This document shows, piece by piece, positions 12,327-26,900 of a DNA stretch of 64,000 bases. A model generated the notes under the pieces. It was not told where the DNA came from. It saw nothing but the letters and a program-made list of their open reading frames with translations, and made no database searches. Both the position numbers and the translations under genes were made by a program. The DNA is from Balanoglossus misakiensis (taxonomy: Eukaryota > Animalia > Hemichordata): contig CM082592.2 of assembly GCA_040954595.2 (NCBI GenBank), forward strand, positions 3,922,735 to 3,986,734, given 5' to 3'. The number at the start of each line of letters is the position of its first letter. Position 1 is the first letter of the stretch.

Positions 12327-13702
12327 TTACGAACGGGTAAGCGAGCATCGTGAAACATTTACATATCTATACAGTTTGTGGTAATTTGCAAATCAATGCA
12401 TCTTCATATGTACTTGTACCACATTTACATTGGGCGTTATAGAATTTGGAGTACCCAATCAGAACACGTTGCCAGCGAAATCCACGCCTCATATAATACT
12501 CACGATGGAGTGTGTGGGGGTGACGATGATATGCGAGTATCTTGGACGAGCGAAAGAGCGTGCCTCCAGCCAATAATTATAGAATGTCAAAAAAGTTTGC
12601 GGAATGTAAAAAATAATCCGATATGTATACATTTCTGACTGATGAGAATCCTTTTGATATCAAAGTAATGATTAGAACGTTTCATCGTATATTTTCAAAT
12701 TCGTTCATGTATATAATTCAATAAACTGTAAATCACCGCTTTCATTTCCTGTGCTCTGGCAATGGAAATAAAAATGGAGCGCCCGAAATCTTGCAGAAAT
12801 TCTAGGCCACCGGTACTTTCTATCTACATTTGTATATTGAACAGTCTTGTTACGAATGCACACATTTGCCAGTGCGCCACATAGATTATTCACTTCTGGT
12901 AACCAGGGGAGTGGCCTAAGATTAGGCGGTTTGTCTATCAACAGTAGTTTGCATGAGCAGTCATCATTTTCTGCGAGTGTTAATTCCGATAATCGAACTT
13001 TCCTGCAAAGCCATCAGTGGTGGACTGTCAGCCATTGTCATTCAGTGACACTCCTGATAGTGTTAATTAGGCTTTCGACCTCCCTTGGTGAAAGCATTGA
13101 GTGCGTGAATGACTTCAGCCACAGCAGACGCGTGAGAATTCTCCACTATAAAGCGCTTATTGGGAGTGTGGGAGACTGTATGCACATACATCATATTGGA
13201 ACAATGAACATAAGCTCGCACGTGTATCACTATTAGATTTCGTAAATGTAGAAATATATCTGCAAATTCATGAGTGTGCTGCATGAATCCGTCGTGACAA
13301 TTGTCATGTGCAACTGAAATCACGTGATATGAAATAGAGAAAAGGAACTAACCTATGTTAACAATGAATTTCGCCATTTTCAATCTACCAATGAATAATG
13401 TGTATAGTTGTGATTTATTATTCCAACATGAGCAAATATTCATTAGCACTGTGAATTCAAAATTCGCCCGCCACAATTTCTAGATGTTAATGGCTGCGTG
13501 GCGATGCATGGGTGGCAATGGCATCGAGGAAAATGAATGACGCAATTCCTAAACAGTTGTCACTTTATTTAAATAACAGACCCCCCACACAGTCCAAAAT
13601 ACGCTTTTTGTATGAAGAGGGGGATCCTTCTCGAAATTTCTTAATTTTAATTTCATTTTTTTTAAATTGGCCATTGAAAAAGCAAATGGGGATTGAAGAT
13701 AT

Positions 13703-13746
13703 CGGTAGTTCTCTTTTTGAAGGATGTGGTGGCCCTGAAAAGGGCC
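13703..13746 (-). promoter_or_regulatory. Histone 3' stem-loop plus HDE (H2B)
   Basis: GGCCCTGAAAAGGGCC at 13731-13746, HDE CAAAAAGAGAACTACCG on - strand. Confidence 0.95.
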
Positions 13747-13775
13747 GTTTTGCTTGTGTATGCTGAGCATACGAT

Positions 13776-14141
13776 TTACTTAGAGCTGGTGTATTTAGTG
13801 ACGGCTTTGGTGCCCTCACTGACGGCGTGCTTGGCAAGTTCACCGGGCAGCAAGAGACGGACACCGGTCTGGATCTCTCTGCTGGTGATGGTGGAACGCT
13901 TGTTGTATTGGGCCAAGCGGGAGGCTTCAGCGGCGATACGCTCGAAGATGTCGTTGACGAAGCTGTTCATGATTGACATGGCTTTGGAGGAGACACCAGT
14001 GTCGGGGTGGACCTGTTTCAGGACCTTGTAGATGTAGATACCATAACTTTCCTTCCTGCGTCTCTTTCTCTTTTTGTCACCGGTACGTGTGGCCTTTGGC
14101 TGACCGGCTTTCTTCGCTGCTTTACCGCTTGATTTCGGCAT
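13776..14141 (-). CDS. H2B: Histone H2B, 121 aa
   Basis: [13 protein letters not shown]...[27 protein letters not shown]...[24 protein letters not shown]. Confidence 0.99.
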   Translation of the reverse strand: MPKSSGKAAKKAGQPKATRTGDKKRKRRRKESYGIYIYKVLKQVHPDTGVSSKAMSIMNSFVNDIFERIAAEASRLAQYNKRSTITSREIQTGVRLLLPGELAKHAVSEGTKAVTKYTSSK

Positions 14142-14842
<701 letters not shown>

Positions 14843-14871
14843 TTCGTATGCCCAGCATACATATACAAAAC

Positions 14872-14915
14872 GGCCCTTTTCAGGGCCACCACATCCTCCA
14901 AAAAGAGAACTACCG
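14872..14915 (+). promoter_or_regulatory. Histone 3' stem-loop plus HDE (H2A)
   Basis: GGCCCTTTTCAGGGCC at 14872-14887, then ACCACATCCTCCAAAAAGAGAACTACCG. Confidence 0.95.
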
Positions 14916-15302
14916 TAACACCTTTATTCTATTTTTTTCTATTATAAATGCATGGGGCTACCATGATAAATGTTAACAATGTTCGACTCAAAACAGTCAA
15001 TGCAAGAAAACACGATTTTGAAGGCATAAAAACACTATTATGCATGTGCATGGCATTGGCTGATCATGTACAGTCTTTTTGAAACCTAAAACAACAAGAT
15101 GGATGTCATATTGTAGTTTGCCCACGGTCCACTTTTCTGTTGTAATATGCGTTTATTTGGTTTTGTAATAAATTACCAAAGTGTCGCGGATATTTTACTT
15201 CAACTAGTTGAACCACTGTGGTTGAACCCTCATCAATTCACCTTGTATACATTTGCAATGTTTGAAAAAATACATTATGTAGTGTTACGTTTGCTGTTGT
15301 TT

Positions 15303-15653
15303 TGTGACCAGGTGTGTTTTCGCTTACTTTCGTAATTTGAATATTTGCGTGACCAGGTGTGATGCATTCATTATTTTCCCCATATAAAAAGCCCACACGT
15401 CGTGTTGCGGCGTAGCTACTAATTTGGACTTGCCCGTGTGAGCGGTTCTGTTCCTCGCGGGCTTGGAAGATGTGCCTTATAGATGTGCTACCTCATGGGG
15501 AATTCGTCCGAAAGCCGTGCCGTCTACCGGGGAATTGTGCCAGAACGCTACTCGGACTGAACGTCGCTGTTGGGACTGCCGTGGTGCTGGTCGCGTTCGC
15601 TGTGCGCTACGGAAGCTTGGACTTTAGTTTTTCATTTGCCACACCTGGTCACA
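15303..15653. mobile_element. Unclassified inverted-repeat element
   Basis: TGTGACCAGGTGTG ... CACACCTGGTCACA, a second left copy at about 15349, and a GC-rich interior. Confidence 0.5.
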
Positions 15654-17239
15654 TTTAAGGTAGTCATTTATTTTACTGTGTTTTTTTCTCAGTGTACATT
15701 CATTTTATATGTACCAATGTTTAGTTGTAGTAATTTAAAGTTTCCATAAGCAAGGAAATAACGTGTGTGGTGTGCCTATTGTTGACCGTCTTTGTTGCGT
15801 GCTGCGCTGATTGGTTCATCAAAGCGAGCCATTCAGTAAGTCTATTTGCTCACTGCCCTGTTTCGGGACTGAACGGCCAGCGTGTCGTAACAGTAGTTCC
15901 TATTGCTATTTCACAGCCGCAGGGGAGTGCAATAAAGCATGCAGCAAGATAGATTTACCAGAATGCCATGCACGATACCTGTTTTGTTACTTTTTATCGT
16001 CTGCTTCTGACACGTGTAAATTATAACTATAAGATATCCAGCTTCCCGCCCGCACTGCCTAGACCCATTTGGGATGGGGTTTCACTAAAAATCCTCGTAG
16101 TGTTTATAAAACATTCTTTATTCCATTCATATGTTTGTTCCAAAACAAAATACATCGTTAAAAAAGTTCGGCATGAAACTTTCCGCTAAATAATAGGCTC
16201 ATCTACACTAGACCATACATAAAGCATACACGCAGTATACAAACTTAGTGCGCCCTCAACGGCAAATATATACACAAATAGGAGATTTCTTGAGCTGCCA
16301 AAAAATATGAATATTGACATGAAAAAAAAGTATTTAACATTCGTCAAAGCACAATAAAGTCAAATATCAACAAACATATACTTATGTGTTGAAAAACAGT
16401 TCTTTAAAAAGTTATCACGAACAGGAAATATACAGACATTTGACCTGGTTCAATAAATTCCCAACAAAAGCACTGTAACCCCCACATGACTTAATTACAA
16501 TACCACGCATAACATTTGAAAATACATGTACAATAGGCATGTATAGCCTATTGGCATAAATGGCCAACTGCACACACGTAAACAAATCTGACATGAAAAA
16601 CTAATACATGCATTAATATCACAAAACTGCAGACTGGCCCAGGGGGATTACCTCAATAGCCAAATAATTGCAATATTTCAGGCTGACCAACATCAACTTG
16701 TAAAATCCCCATCTCAAAAAATCACACACAATGACCCAAAGGAGAAAAAAGTCAGAATACAAGTTTTCTGTAACACAAAATCCTGAGAAAGATCTGTTTT
16801 CATGTCCACAGATCTATAAACTCATACACAAAGGTAACTGTGTTTTGTAGACTGGCACAATTTTTAATTTGAGCTTGTGATAAAAAAGAAATACTGGAAG
16901 AATGTCCTAAAACAAAGTTTTAGATTCAAACTGTCAACATACTCAAATTTCGCTAGTTTCAGTTTGAAAATATGAAACATGAATATTGCATTGTTGACTT
17001 GTGTAATAGGAACAATTATAATATACCTCATGCTAATACTGTGCCGTGATAGGAAAATAGAATCGACTATGAACCGCTAGGGAAATAGCAGAAAAAATAT
17101 AAACCGGTCACGTGACCAACGTGGTCACGTCAATCAGCGTCGCGTCGTCTGACACAATTGCCACCTCTGAAGATGTCTTCTGCCAGCCTCAAGAGAAAAT
17201 TGCAAGATTTTCCCAGCTGTTAGCATGAGGTTTATTATA

Positions 17240-17431
17240 AAACACCTATAGCCTGGCCTATATTCGGGCCATAGCAGCCGTTTTTACCCCCTCGTGACTG
17301 TGAGTTACCAGAATCATATGCTATTTCCCTCGGGCTGCGGCCTCGGGAAATAGCATATGACTCTGGTAACTCACAGCCCCTCGGGTGTAATAAACGGCCG
17401 CTATGGCCCTCATGGCCAGGCAATAGGTGTT
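17240..17431. mobile_element. Palindromic Crypton-like non-autonomous element
   Basis: ~190-bp imperfect palindrome AACACCTAT...ATAGGTGTT centred on CTCGGGCTGCGGCCTCGG; no TSD; the class assignment is by resemblance only. Confidence 0.6.
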
Positions 17432-17721
17432 CAAAAGCGCACCCAAAGTTGAGTCGCAGAGAACTACCATGAAAAAATGAAAAATCCACTTTTCTTGGAA
17501 AAGTATAGAAAACAAGATTCACTCTCCTTTGCATTGACGACATGAAAGTGAAAAATTTCATTAATTTCAAGCAAACAGCAAAACCAACCTGGTTGCATAT
17601 ATCTAAACAAACCCTGATATCTGTAAAAATGTTTTAATATTCGAGTTCCTTGAGGCAGTTCTTTTTGTCATTTTTACCCCGTTGTAAAATAATTTGCATC
17701 TTTGCAATAAAAAAATATGAA

Positions 17722-17969
17722 AGTTCCATTTACTGCTTCTGTAAAAAACTTTCCGAAACGGCAGTTCCATTTACTGCTTTCACCCATCTGTAAAAAAAAC
17801 TTTCTGAAATGGCAGTTCCATTTACTGCTTTCACCCATCTGTAAAAACTTTCTGAACTGGCAGTTCCATTTACTGCTTTCACCCATCTGTAAAAACTTTC
17901 TGAAGTGGCAGTTCCATCTACTGCTTTCACCCATCCGTAAAAACTTTCTGAAGTGGCAGTTCCATTTAC
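17722..17969. repeat. 48-bp minisatellite (~5.3 units) just 3' of the GGT stop codon
   Basis: Unit CAGTTCCATTTACTGCTTTCACCCATCTGTAAAAACTTTCTGAANTGG. Confidence 0.95.
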
Positions 17970-17995
17970 CGTTGACACCCTTAATGCTGAGATCC

Positions 17996-20900
17996 CTAAA
18001 ATCCAGCTGGATATCCACCAGGCTTTCTGCCGTCTGAGTAAGCATAGAGACCATCGTCTTTAGAGAGCACGGCCATTACCACAGACCTGCTTGTCAACTC
18101 TTTGAGTTCGTGGCCAAATTTTGTCCCAAGTTTCTCTAAAATGTCCTGAAAGTGTGACAGAAAAACATGATTACAAACTCAACTTTCTATAATGTTTCTT
18201 TCATTACACAAACATACGTTTTGGAGCCAAGAATTATACTGCAAAGTGCTGCCAAGCATTACATGATTTAAAGGCAAACAGTGGTCACTTAATTGGCAAT
18301 GTGATTATACTTTCTATGAGTTACCACATGCACAGTCCCAGTGCGGTCCCATGAATAATTCCATGCTGTTTTGGACATGTATATACGATGCACTCAACTT
18401 CCGTGAATATGAAAGGGTTACGTCCAAGTTAAAATCCCATGTGGCTCGGTTGCATGCATAAAATGGACGTTTTCTAATTCTGGAGTGTGTGATCTTTTGT
18501 TCCTGAATGCAGCATTCAGAAAGAATGCATTGCTGTAGTCCAATGGTCCTCTGTATATATATACCCATGAATAAATTTAGTTATGCAACCTTTTTAAATA
18601 ACCTGGACACTGCACCGGTCGGTCGAACAGTATGTCTGGTCAGTGGCATTCAAATGTACAAGTATATGCATTTAAATGGGTTGGATATACATGTATAGAA
18701 AATTAAAGGGACAAAGTCTCTCTCGCTGCCCTTTTGCTATTAATTATGTTTGACACAAGACACTGTTCATGTTATTCTACCGGTACATGTGGATATATAG
18801 TGAATCAACATTCGATCACACACAACTTCCATCCCGTTTGTAGGATATGAGAGTATAAACTCGCCAGAAATGAATAAATGGTAGAGACAGATTATTCATT
18901 TTGGCGAGTTTTTTCTCCCTCGTGTCTACAAGCGGGATGGAAGTTGTGTGTGGTTGAACATTGATTCACTATATATCCACATATATATAACATAAGCAGT
19001 GTCTTGTATCAAACATAATTAATGGGGAAAAAGCGAGAGAGAGACTTTGTCCCCTTAACACTTGTTACCTTGTCTACAAAATAAGAAGAAAATTATGGCA
19101 CTTCAAACATTATACTGACCTCATCAAAGATCGCTTCATACTGAAGTTTGTTGGGTGTTAACTGGTGGTGAAGTCGTGGTTTCTCAATTGCTGTCCTCAC
19201 ATCTTCTTGAAACCACAGCATATTCATGGCAACCTGGGAATGAAATAGTTGATACATGATTTGTGACTGAAAATGGTACATTTCTGTTTTGCTTGTTTCC
19301 TGGTCAATTGACATATTGGGAATGTGGAATATCGGACATAGTACTCACACTCAGTACATTGCCTGGATAAATTTAAAAGTCTTCTGAAACAATTATCTTA
19401 TGCAACACGTATATATTCGCGCCAATACCAAATTTGAAACCCATACAAAATTCAAATACCAAATTTAATACCAAATTTGAAACAATGGGAATGCAGCAAA
19501 CCAAAAAGATAAAATGAATGAAAGGCTTAATTCACTTACAAGAGCACAAGCTGTTATAATCTTGGATCCTCCAGCCGCACCGAAAACCACTTTGACATTT
19601 CCGTTGCCGTCGACGACGATCACCGGGGTCATGGATGATAGAGGGCGCTTTCCCGGTTCAATGAAGTTGGCTTCGGAGGGTTCCAAGCCAAAATAATTGG
19701 CCATGTTCGGAGAAGAAAAGTCATCCATCTCGTTGTTGAAGATAATGCCTGTTCTCTCACCCCTGACCTTTGACCCAAAGCTGAAATGAATGATTCGACA
19801 AACGCTTAGACAATGGAAGTTCTAGAGTTCATATAGACAAGCGAAAACACTAGGATGAATGGCCCAGCATGAAGCTTGCCAATGCAACATATGTGTGTAA
19901 TGTCAGTATTGTTATTGTGCAGAGTTAGAATTCAAGTCTGGACTAGAATTCGTAAGTTGACAATAACGATGGCCAAAACACACACTGGCTATGTTGACAT
20001 GTTCTGGGTATTTTAAAATGGTGTTAGGAGTAGAACAAGAAATAGCTTTTGATACACAGAACAAAAATACTGAAAACAAAGGCAAAAGTTACAGCTAATG
20101 TCCCTTTAACTCACTAGAGATTGATGGTGGAAGTGACAGACACCGCGTTGCCGTCTTGATCGATGACAGAGAGGTGAGTGGTGCCAGCGTCATCCGGCGA
20201 ATAAAAAGAACCGCCGTAAAAATTGATATCGTGAGTCGTTTCGTCATCGATCTGATTCAACGTGTGAACGGCATAATCTTCCGAAATCATCTCATCAACT
20301 ATCTGAGAAGAAAACGAAGAAAAAAGGGCTTTCATTTTAATGTAAATCCTAAATGTACACTTGTAAAAGCCTGACGTACCCTCATTGTTATAAAAAATAC
20401 GTAAATTTTTTTAGGAAAATTACAATATTTTTAATTTTGAATAGTCCCTGAGCTTAATTGAGGCATTTCAATCGTTTCATTGCTCCAATTCCCAAAATGA
20501 ACAATGTAAAAGACGTCTACCTGAAAATAAGGATATTTCGTATACCACCGTATTTTAAAGATATTCAACTGAACGATATGATTCATTATAAACTCACCTC
20601 AGACAGATCCACAAAGTCTTCGTCACCGAGCTCTGTGCGGCGCGCAAATGCAAACTTGAACACTTCAATAGTCCTGTGATATGTCAGGGCTGCTGCTTCT
20701 GTTGTCGAGATGTTGAGATGACTCAAATCATAACCTATGTAGACAAAAAGAAGTGGAAAATGACATTCCCAGCTAGCACGATGAGAAATTTATTTTCGGA
20801 AAGAATGGAATTAGCTTTTTAAGTGTCTTCTTAGTTTCAAGCCTGCATTTGATTAAGTCTTAAGTATTTTAAAAAATTATAAATCACACTTGCCTTTGAG

Positions 20901-23900
20901 AGTGTTCAGTATCATGGCCAATACAGCACCACTTGACGGTGGGGGCGCTGTGTACAGTTTGTGGTCACCAAGTTCAATCATCACAGGCTCCTTGAGTTTA
21001 GCGCGATAGTTTCGAAGGTCATCAACGCTAATTATACCATCTGTAAAAAGGGGGAAAGTAATTGTACATGTAGGAAATTTGTTTACATTTACTTCAGATC
21101 ATTGATTTAAAAGACAAGTCTTGAAAGATCGAGTCATCATATTTCCAATATTAAAATACTGCATGCCCTTCATACATAATCACATAATGTAAATTATTGT
21201 ATGACATTATGGTACCAATATGCTTAAGTGTAAGACTTGCTGGAATCTAATAAATTTCATTGAATGATGCCAATATGGCATCAAAACTATTGACTTTCAT
21301 ACCTCTGTCCTGAATGTCTGCAACAATGTCATATGCAAGTCTCCCAAGATAGAACGTGTCGCCGCTCCCAGCAGCCAACTTTCGCAAAGTCTCAGCGTAT
21401 TTCGGTCGGGTCATCACGTCGCCTTCTTGCAATAGCTGACCATCTTCTTTTACAAAAATCTCTCTGTCGGGACGTAAAAGAGCAAGAATAAAGCACAGGG
21501 GGGGATAGTTGCATTTAAAACACTGTAAAATATTGTATTTATGGCATTATAGTACGTAAGATAGTATAGTATGTAAGATTCTCTTGGACTAACTGATTGA
21601 TATGCACATATCAAAAGACCAGTAGATTACACCCACATTCTGTATTGGAACATTACAGTTATGGAAGTTATCGAAAATTATAAGTAAAAAGTTACTGATG
21701 GAGATTCCTTTTATCTTTATGACAAAAAAAAATCCATTCTGACGTTTTATTTCCCCTGCGTCATATATATTATTTGTGATGAATAAATTTGCATAAATGA
21801 TTTTTTAATTTTAAGATGACATGCGTTTGTAAAACATCTGAACTTTTGAAGGGGATGCTATAATGTAAATGTATTGAATACATTATGACTACAGCTTTAA
21901 CCCTTTCACCCCTGAGTTCTCTTTGCAGAAGTCCAACTAATCATAGAAAACAATAAAATTGGGTCAAACCATTGTGGAGGAAGGGTTAAATTAAGGAATT
22001 TTTTTAATGTTAGTATGGCAAGTACAGTAAATTGTCATCCTAAATATATAGTTGATTACAAACTTAACCATTGAACAAATCAAATAACACCACAGCAAAC
22101 ACAAATAAATCATAGTCATATCCTAGGGTGAGGGGGGTTGATGTACTACAGTGTATACACTCACGATAAACTTGCATCTTCCATGATGTCATCCTTCTTG
22201 TTACTAATGGCGTGCGCCAGGGATGGACCAACTTTAAAGCCATCCTCGGCCAACTGGATGGCAGGTTGGAATAACTCCCTCCACGGCAGCTGACCGTAGT
22301 GAAGGTGGGCCAACCAGAAGCCGTCGATTTCTCCAGGTACGCCGATCGATAAAGCGCCTGGTTTGGACGAAGATTAAACAAAGTATTGAGAAGTTAAGAT
22401 CATGTTGCCTGTTTTTCTGGTGACAGTTATGCACTCACATTAACCCTTTCACCCCCTCCCCCAGTAATACAGAAGTCCAGGTTTACCATAGAAAACAATG
22501 GATTTGGACCAAACCACGGTGGTGAAAGGGTTATAAACTGGAAACACTCTGCTGAGAAGTGAATATTACAGGTTTGGTAATTCGGGAACTTTGACCAAAA
22601 GAATTCGGTACAAAAGAACGGAAACAGACCAGTGTCAAATAAACCCTTCAAATAACAAACTTGCGTGTGGCACACAAGCAATCCACAGAATCAAGTTAAG
22701 TACAGATCCAACTTTCAAGTTTAAAGATTTTTCATGAACAGAATATTCATGTTCATAGATATCATTATTTTGAAAATGCAAATCGGTATAATTTTGGTTT
22801 GTGATACAATGTACATACCTTTCACAGATGCCTTTTTGTCATCATTGTCAGTGTACATGTTCCGCGATGCTGCCCCGGGAGCCTCCTCTCTTGCGTCTAT
22901 GGCAACCACCTTGCCCTTCTCTTTGAGGTACACCATCATAAAATGGCCGCCACCAAGACCGTGGCTTTGTGTGTTGACGATGCCATTGCATAGTAACGCA
23001 GCAACAGCCGCATCAATGGCATTACCCCCTTTCTGAAGTATATCTCTGTATCCAAAGCAAAAGGAAGAGGTCAGGATGACATTGAACTTTATAGGAACTA
23101 ACAGAAATTTATATAAACGTAGAAATTAAATTCTTTTCAGATCTCAGTTTAGCAAAATATTTTGACTAATTGCATGGCCATCGATAAAAATTTGTAATTA
23201 GAAATTTATAAAACTGTTTTAATTACCATCCCAAAAACTTGACACAAAATAGTTTATATAGGAAATCGGAATTCTTGAATTGGATTACCACAAAAGACAG
23301 CAAGCATATTGTAAAGGCCAAAAAAATGATTGCTTGGTAATCCAAGTTCCAGATATAATTTTTAGAATGAACAAAAGTCCCCTTACTGCTTTTTATTCTG
23401 CAGCTGAATTTCAAACTAAGTCTTCAAACAAATGCAACTATATTGTGAATCAGTTGCTAACAGTTTACAATTTCAACTGTATCATACACATGTAAGACCC
23501 AGATATGTGAATCACACCCGAATCTTTTAAATTACCTGCCGACTTCAGAACATATCCCACTGTCTGCCGCCACCGCGGCATTTGCATAATAAAATCCCTT
23601 CGAGGAATTAGCGTCCTTCGGTGCGCCAGCCGAGCAGTTTCCGACCACACAATCGGCATACTTCACACCAAAGAGTATCGCCAGGGTGATGGCCGTCATG
23701 GCAACTATGATGATGCAGCAGATGAGGCTGACGCGGCCCTTGGACATCTGCTTGCTGTCAAGGAAACGTTGATACAGTCAGAAGCTCAGCACTCACAAAT
23801 GTTCTGGTAATGTTTGACATATACACTTGCCTGGAACAAACTTGTACTTTAATCCGGACGAGCCAACAAAGTTAATGATTTTGCTCTACGGAAACTTCTC

Positions 23901-26900
23901 CATCAATAAGCCCGAATTTTACAATTTCCTTGGCGACCGTACGGTTTGAGAGTGGAGCTCAACAAATAAAATGCCAATTGCTGTCACTGTTGTCTACAGA
24001 ACCCGGATAAATGAACAGTGATAGTATTGTACTTCCATATTTGTCAAACATTTCAGGAAAATGTAAACCTAAAATGGGAGATTGATGTTAATTTATAATT
24101 TCCGCTAGTCAGTCACTAGACAATAACCCGGTTTAATTTGTTCAGGTAAACTTTCGGAAAAAATATACAAAGTATTTATAAACTGCTAGTAAGTTGAAGT
24201 TAGGGACCATCTTCTTCAAACATAAAAAAGCGTTGTTTTCTCCCTAGTGTAAAAAAATATTAATAGTTTCTGTGAAAATTTTAGCCTCTTTAGATATTAC
24301 GATAATTCTTAAACCTCTAAAGTTGTAATAAATAATAATAAAGAATGCTATTAAAATCATGATGATATCAAGCTTGGAATTTAAAGTGTATAAAATAAAT
24401 GACTGCAAAATAGTGTCTGGTAAACATGCAGCCATGGACTGGACTTGCCCTGGACTCAATGTTACTATCTGAGAGAATAAAAATAACTTCTAAAACATCA
24501 GAAAATATGAAGCGCAGAGAAGCAGCAATAAGAACGTGTCGATCATTTTTCAAGTCACAAAAAAATCAATTTCCAAAGTTGGACAGAACAGCGAGTTTAG
24601 AGATACATAATATTGGATGTCAATTATGATCATATGATATTGTTATTAGGACCATGACCTCTGACCCAACATAGCCAGCATTGTTGACAAATGGCATTTA
24701 CCACATACAAATCTAAATGTCAATATTTCATGAGCACATTTCTGAACACTATATGTATATTCAATTCTCATTTTAATGTGTTTGCAGTTCAGATCTGTAT
24801 GCATAACAAAATTAGTTTAGCCATAATTTTAGAGAAGCTTACGTTTGTATTCAGCTGTATTTCATGTCAGCCGTTGACAGTAATAGTGTTGTACAAATGT
24901 AATAATGAACCAGACAAACGTACAAAAATAGTTGCCGGCTTTATGCTGCTGCATGACCTTTGACCTGTGCGTGGCCCACTCCTTTGTTATTGGTCACTGC
25001 TGTCATCATGCAGCAACACTTAGGCATACCCTGGAAGTTGTCCTTGGTTGCCATGGAAACGAATACCACCATTGGTCAGCGTCGAACACCATGTATGTAT
25101 TTTAAAAATACGTTCAATACATCTGCAGTGAAAACTGTTCCATCAGTTGTAATAATCTTTAGTGTGAAAGTTCAATGCGTTTGTTTAATAATACCTCAGT
25201 ATTCACTAACAATTTGCTTTTGGAAAGTGAATTATATAACTAAGTGTGCTTTTCATATGCTGGCCTGTGTTTTCAAACGACACACACTGCTGAGTGCTGA
25301 GTCACGTATGGGGTTCAGGAAACCCCTTTCTTTCAAGTCGACATCTGACCTATTTCACTGACTGGCTCAATCAACTTGCCACCGGCATATCAGTTGTTTT
25401 TGTCAGTATGTACAACTACGCAAATTCTGATATTCCAATGGCAGTAGATCCCTTTACCGATGAAACACTGCCCACTTCAGCCCCCATTTAACATAGGAAC
25501 AAAAAGCCCCTTTCATGTCCTGCACAAAATAACCTGGTAATGGGATATACATACATTGTCATTTGACTGCAGGCTAAACCGGATCATTTTTAAGTAACAT
25601 TGTACATGTAGTTTATATGTGTTAACAGTTAGGAATACAGCAAAAATTGCTGACATGCCAAAATTCTCCACACAACCCCCTCCCCCAGAAATCCAATGGT
25701 TCTCCCCTTACATGTGTAAAGACAGAAATCTTTTTGAATATCACTATGTCGTCCAACAGAATATGAGAAACTCCAGGAAGAGCTAGGAATAAAGTTGTAA
25801 AATGTTTCTGACTAATTGATAAAGTTCATTGACCCTGACGGCTATTATAGCTATACCCCAGGAGATAGGTGCCTTTAATCAGAATTTTTGGTAAGGAAGG
25901 TTTGAGAAGTCCATTCTATGTAAAAATGGTGCTGATTCCAAAAAATCAGTCTTATTGACCCCACAAAAAAAATTGCCATTTCGGCTACTTCTTGCAGCTG
26001 CACCGTTGGGGGAGGGGGCTGATTACCCTTGAGACAGCCCCCCCCCCCCCCAAACGGTACAGCTGCATTACCACAGCTAAGTCAGTTTTAGAAAACACTG
26101 AAAACAAACTGTTTTCGTCACATTGGGAGATCTGACGATAACTTTAACATAACACAGAAGAATACCATTGCACAGTCGAAAGGCATGGCATGCTTTCTTT
26201 CTCCCGCCCAAAACATGATGATTAACGCATCTGCCGTTGATAATTTATGGAGCAGTCAGGAGTGGTCTCTTTTGTAAGTGACCAGTGACAGGGCTTGACA
26301 GCTGGCGTAAATGACTGTATAGGGATTACATGAAAGCGTGACAATGTTTTCAAGGTTGCAAAGTCGCCAATGAAACATGTCTCTATCACAACTGAACGAA
26401 GAAGCTAATAGTAGCTACATATCAGCTCCGCTCACAGTTTTATGGGTCTAGTTATCATCACTAAATTGTCATTCTCATAAATGTTAAATTCTGGCATGAA
26501 ACTTTCCTGAAAGCTTAATTGACGATAACCAGACCATTCCAAAGTCATTAGACAATTATGCAAAGTTTCATCATCTCCATTTTTATTAATTTGCACCTAT
26601 AAACCAGTATAGCTATACGGTACCATCACTTCGCGCAGTTTGTTCTTGCGTAAGAAATATTAAGGGACCTATCACTATAAATACATGGGGGGGGGGTTAA
26701 AAAATCAATATTGCTATTGCATGTTTAACAATAATAAGTGGCAATCAGCTCATGAATTATGAGCTCTTTGATAGTTCTCAGTCCTGATTAATAATCAGTT
26801 TAAATTCACAATGAAATGCTCAATCACTTTATGAACGCAAAGTTTACTGTCACGGTTTATGCTTTTGGCTGCATCCATGCACCAGGCCCCTATGACGGCA

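Noticed and set aside
12999-13700. Possible U7 snRNA, H1 or H3 remnant between H4 and H2B
   Set aside because: No Sm site with HDE-complementary 5' end and no histone-like translation found
17674-18054. Repetitive peptide ORF (WNCHFRKFLQMGESSK)n, or a CRISPR-like array
   Set aside because: A 48-bp tandem repeat without unique spacers, in a eukaryotic 3' UTR; the open frames follow from a unit length divisible by 3
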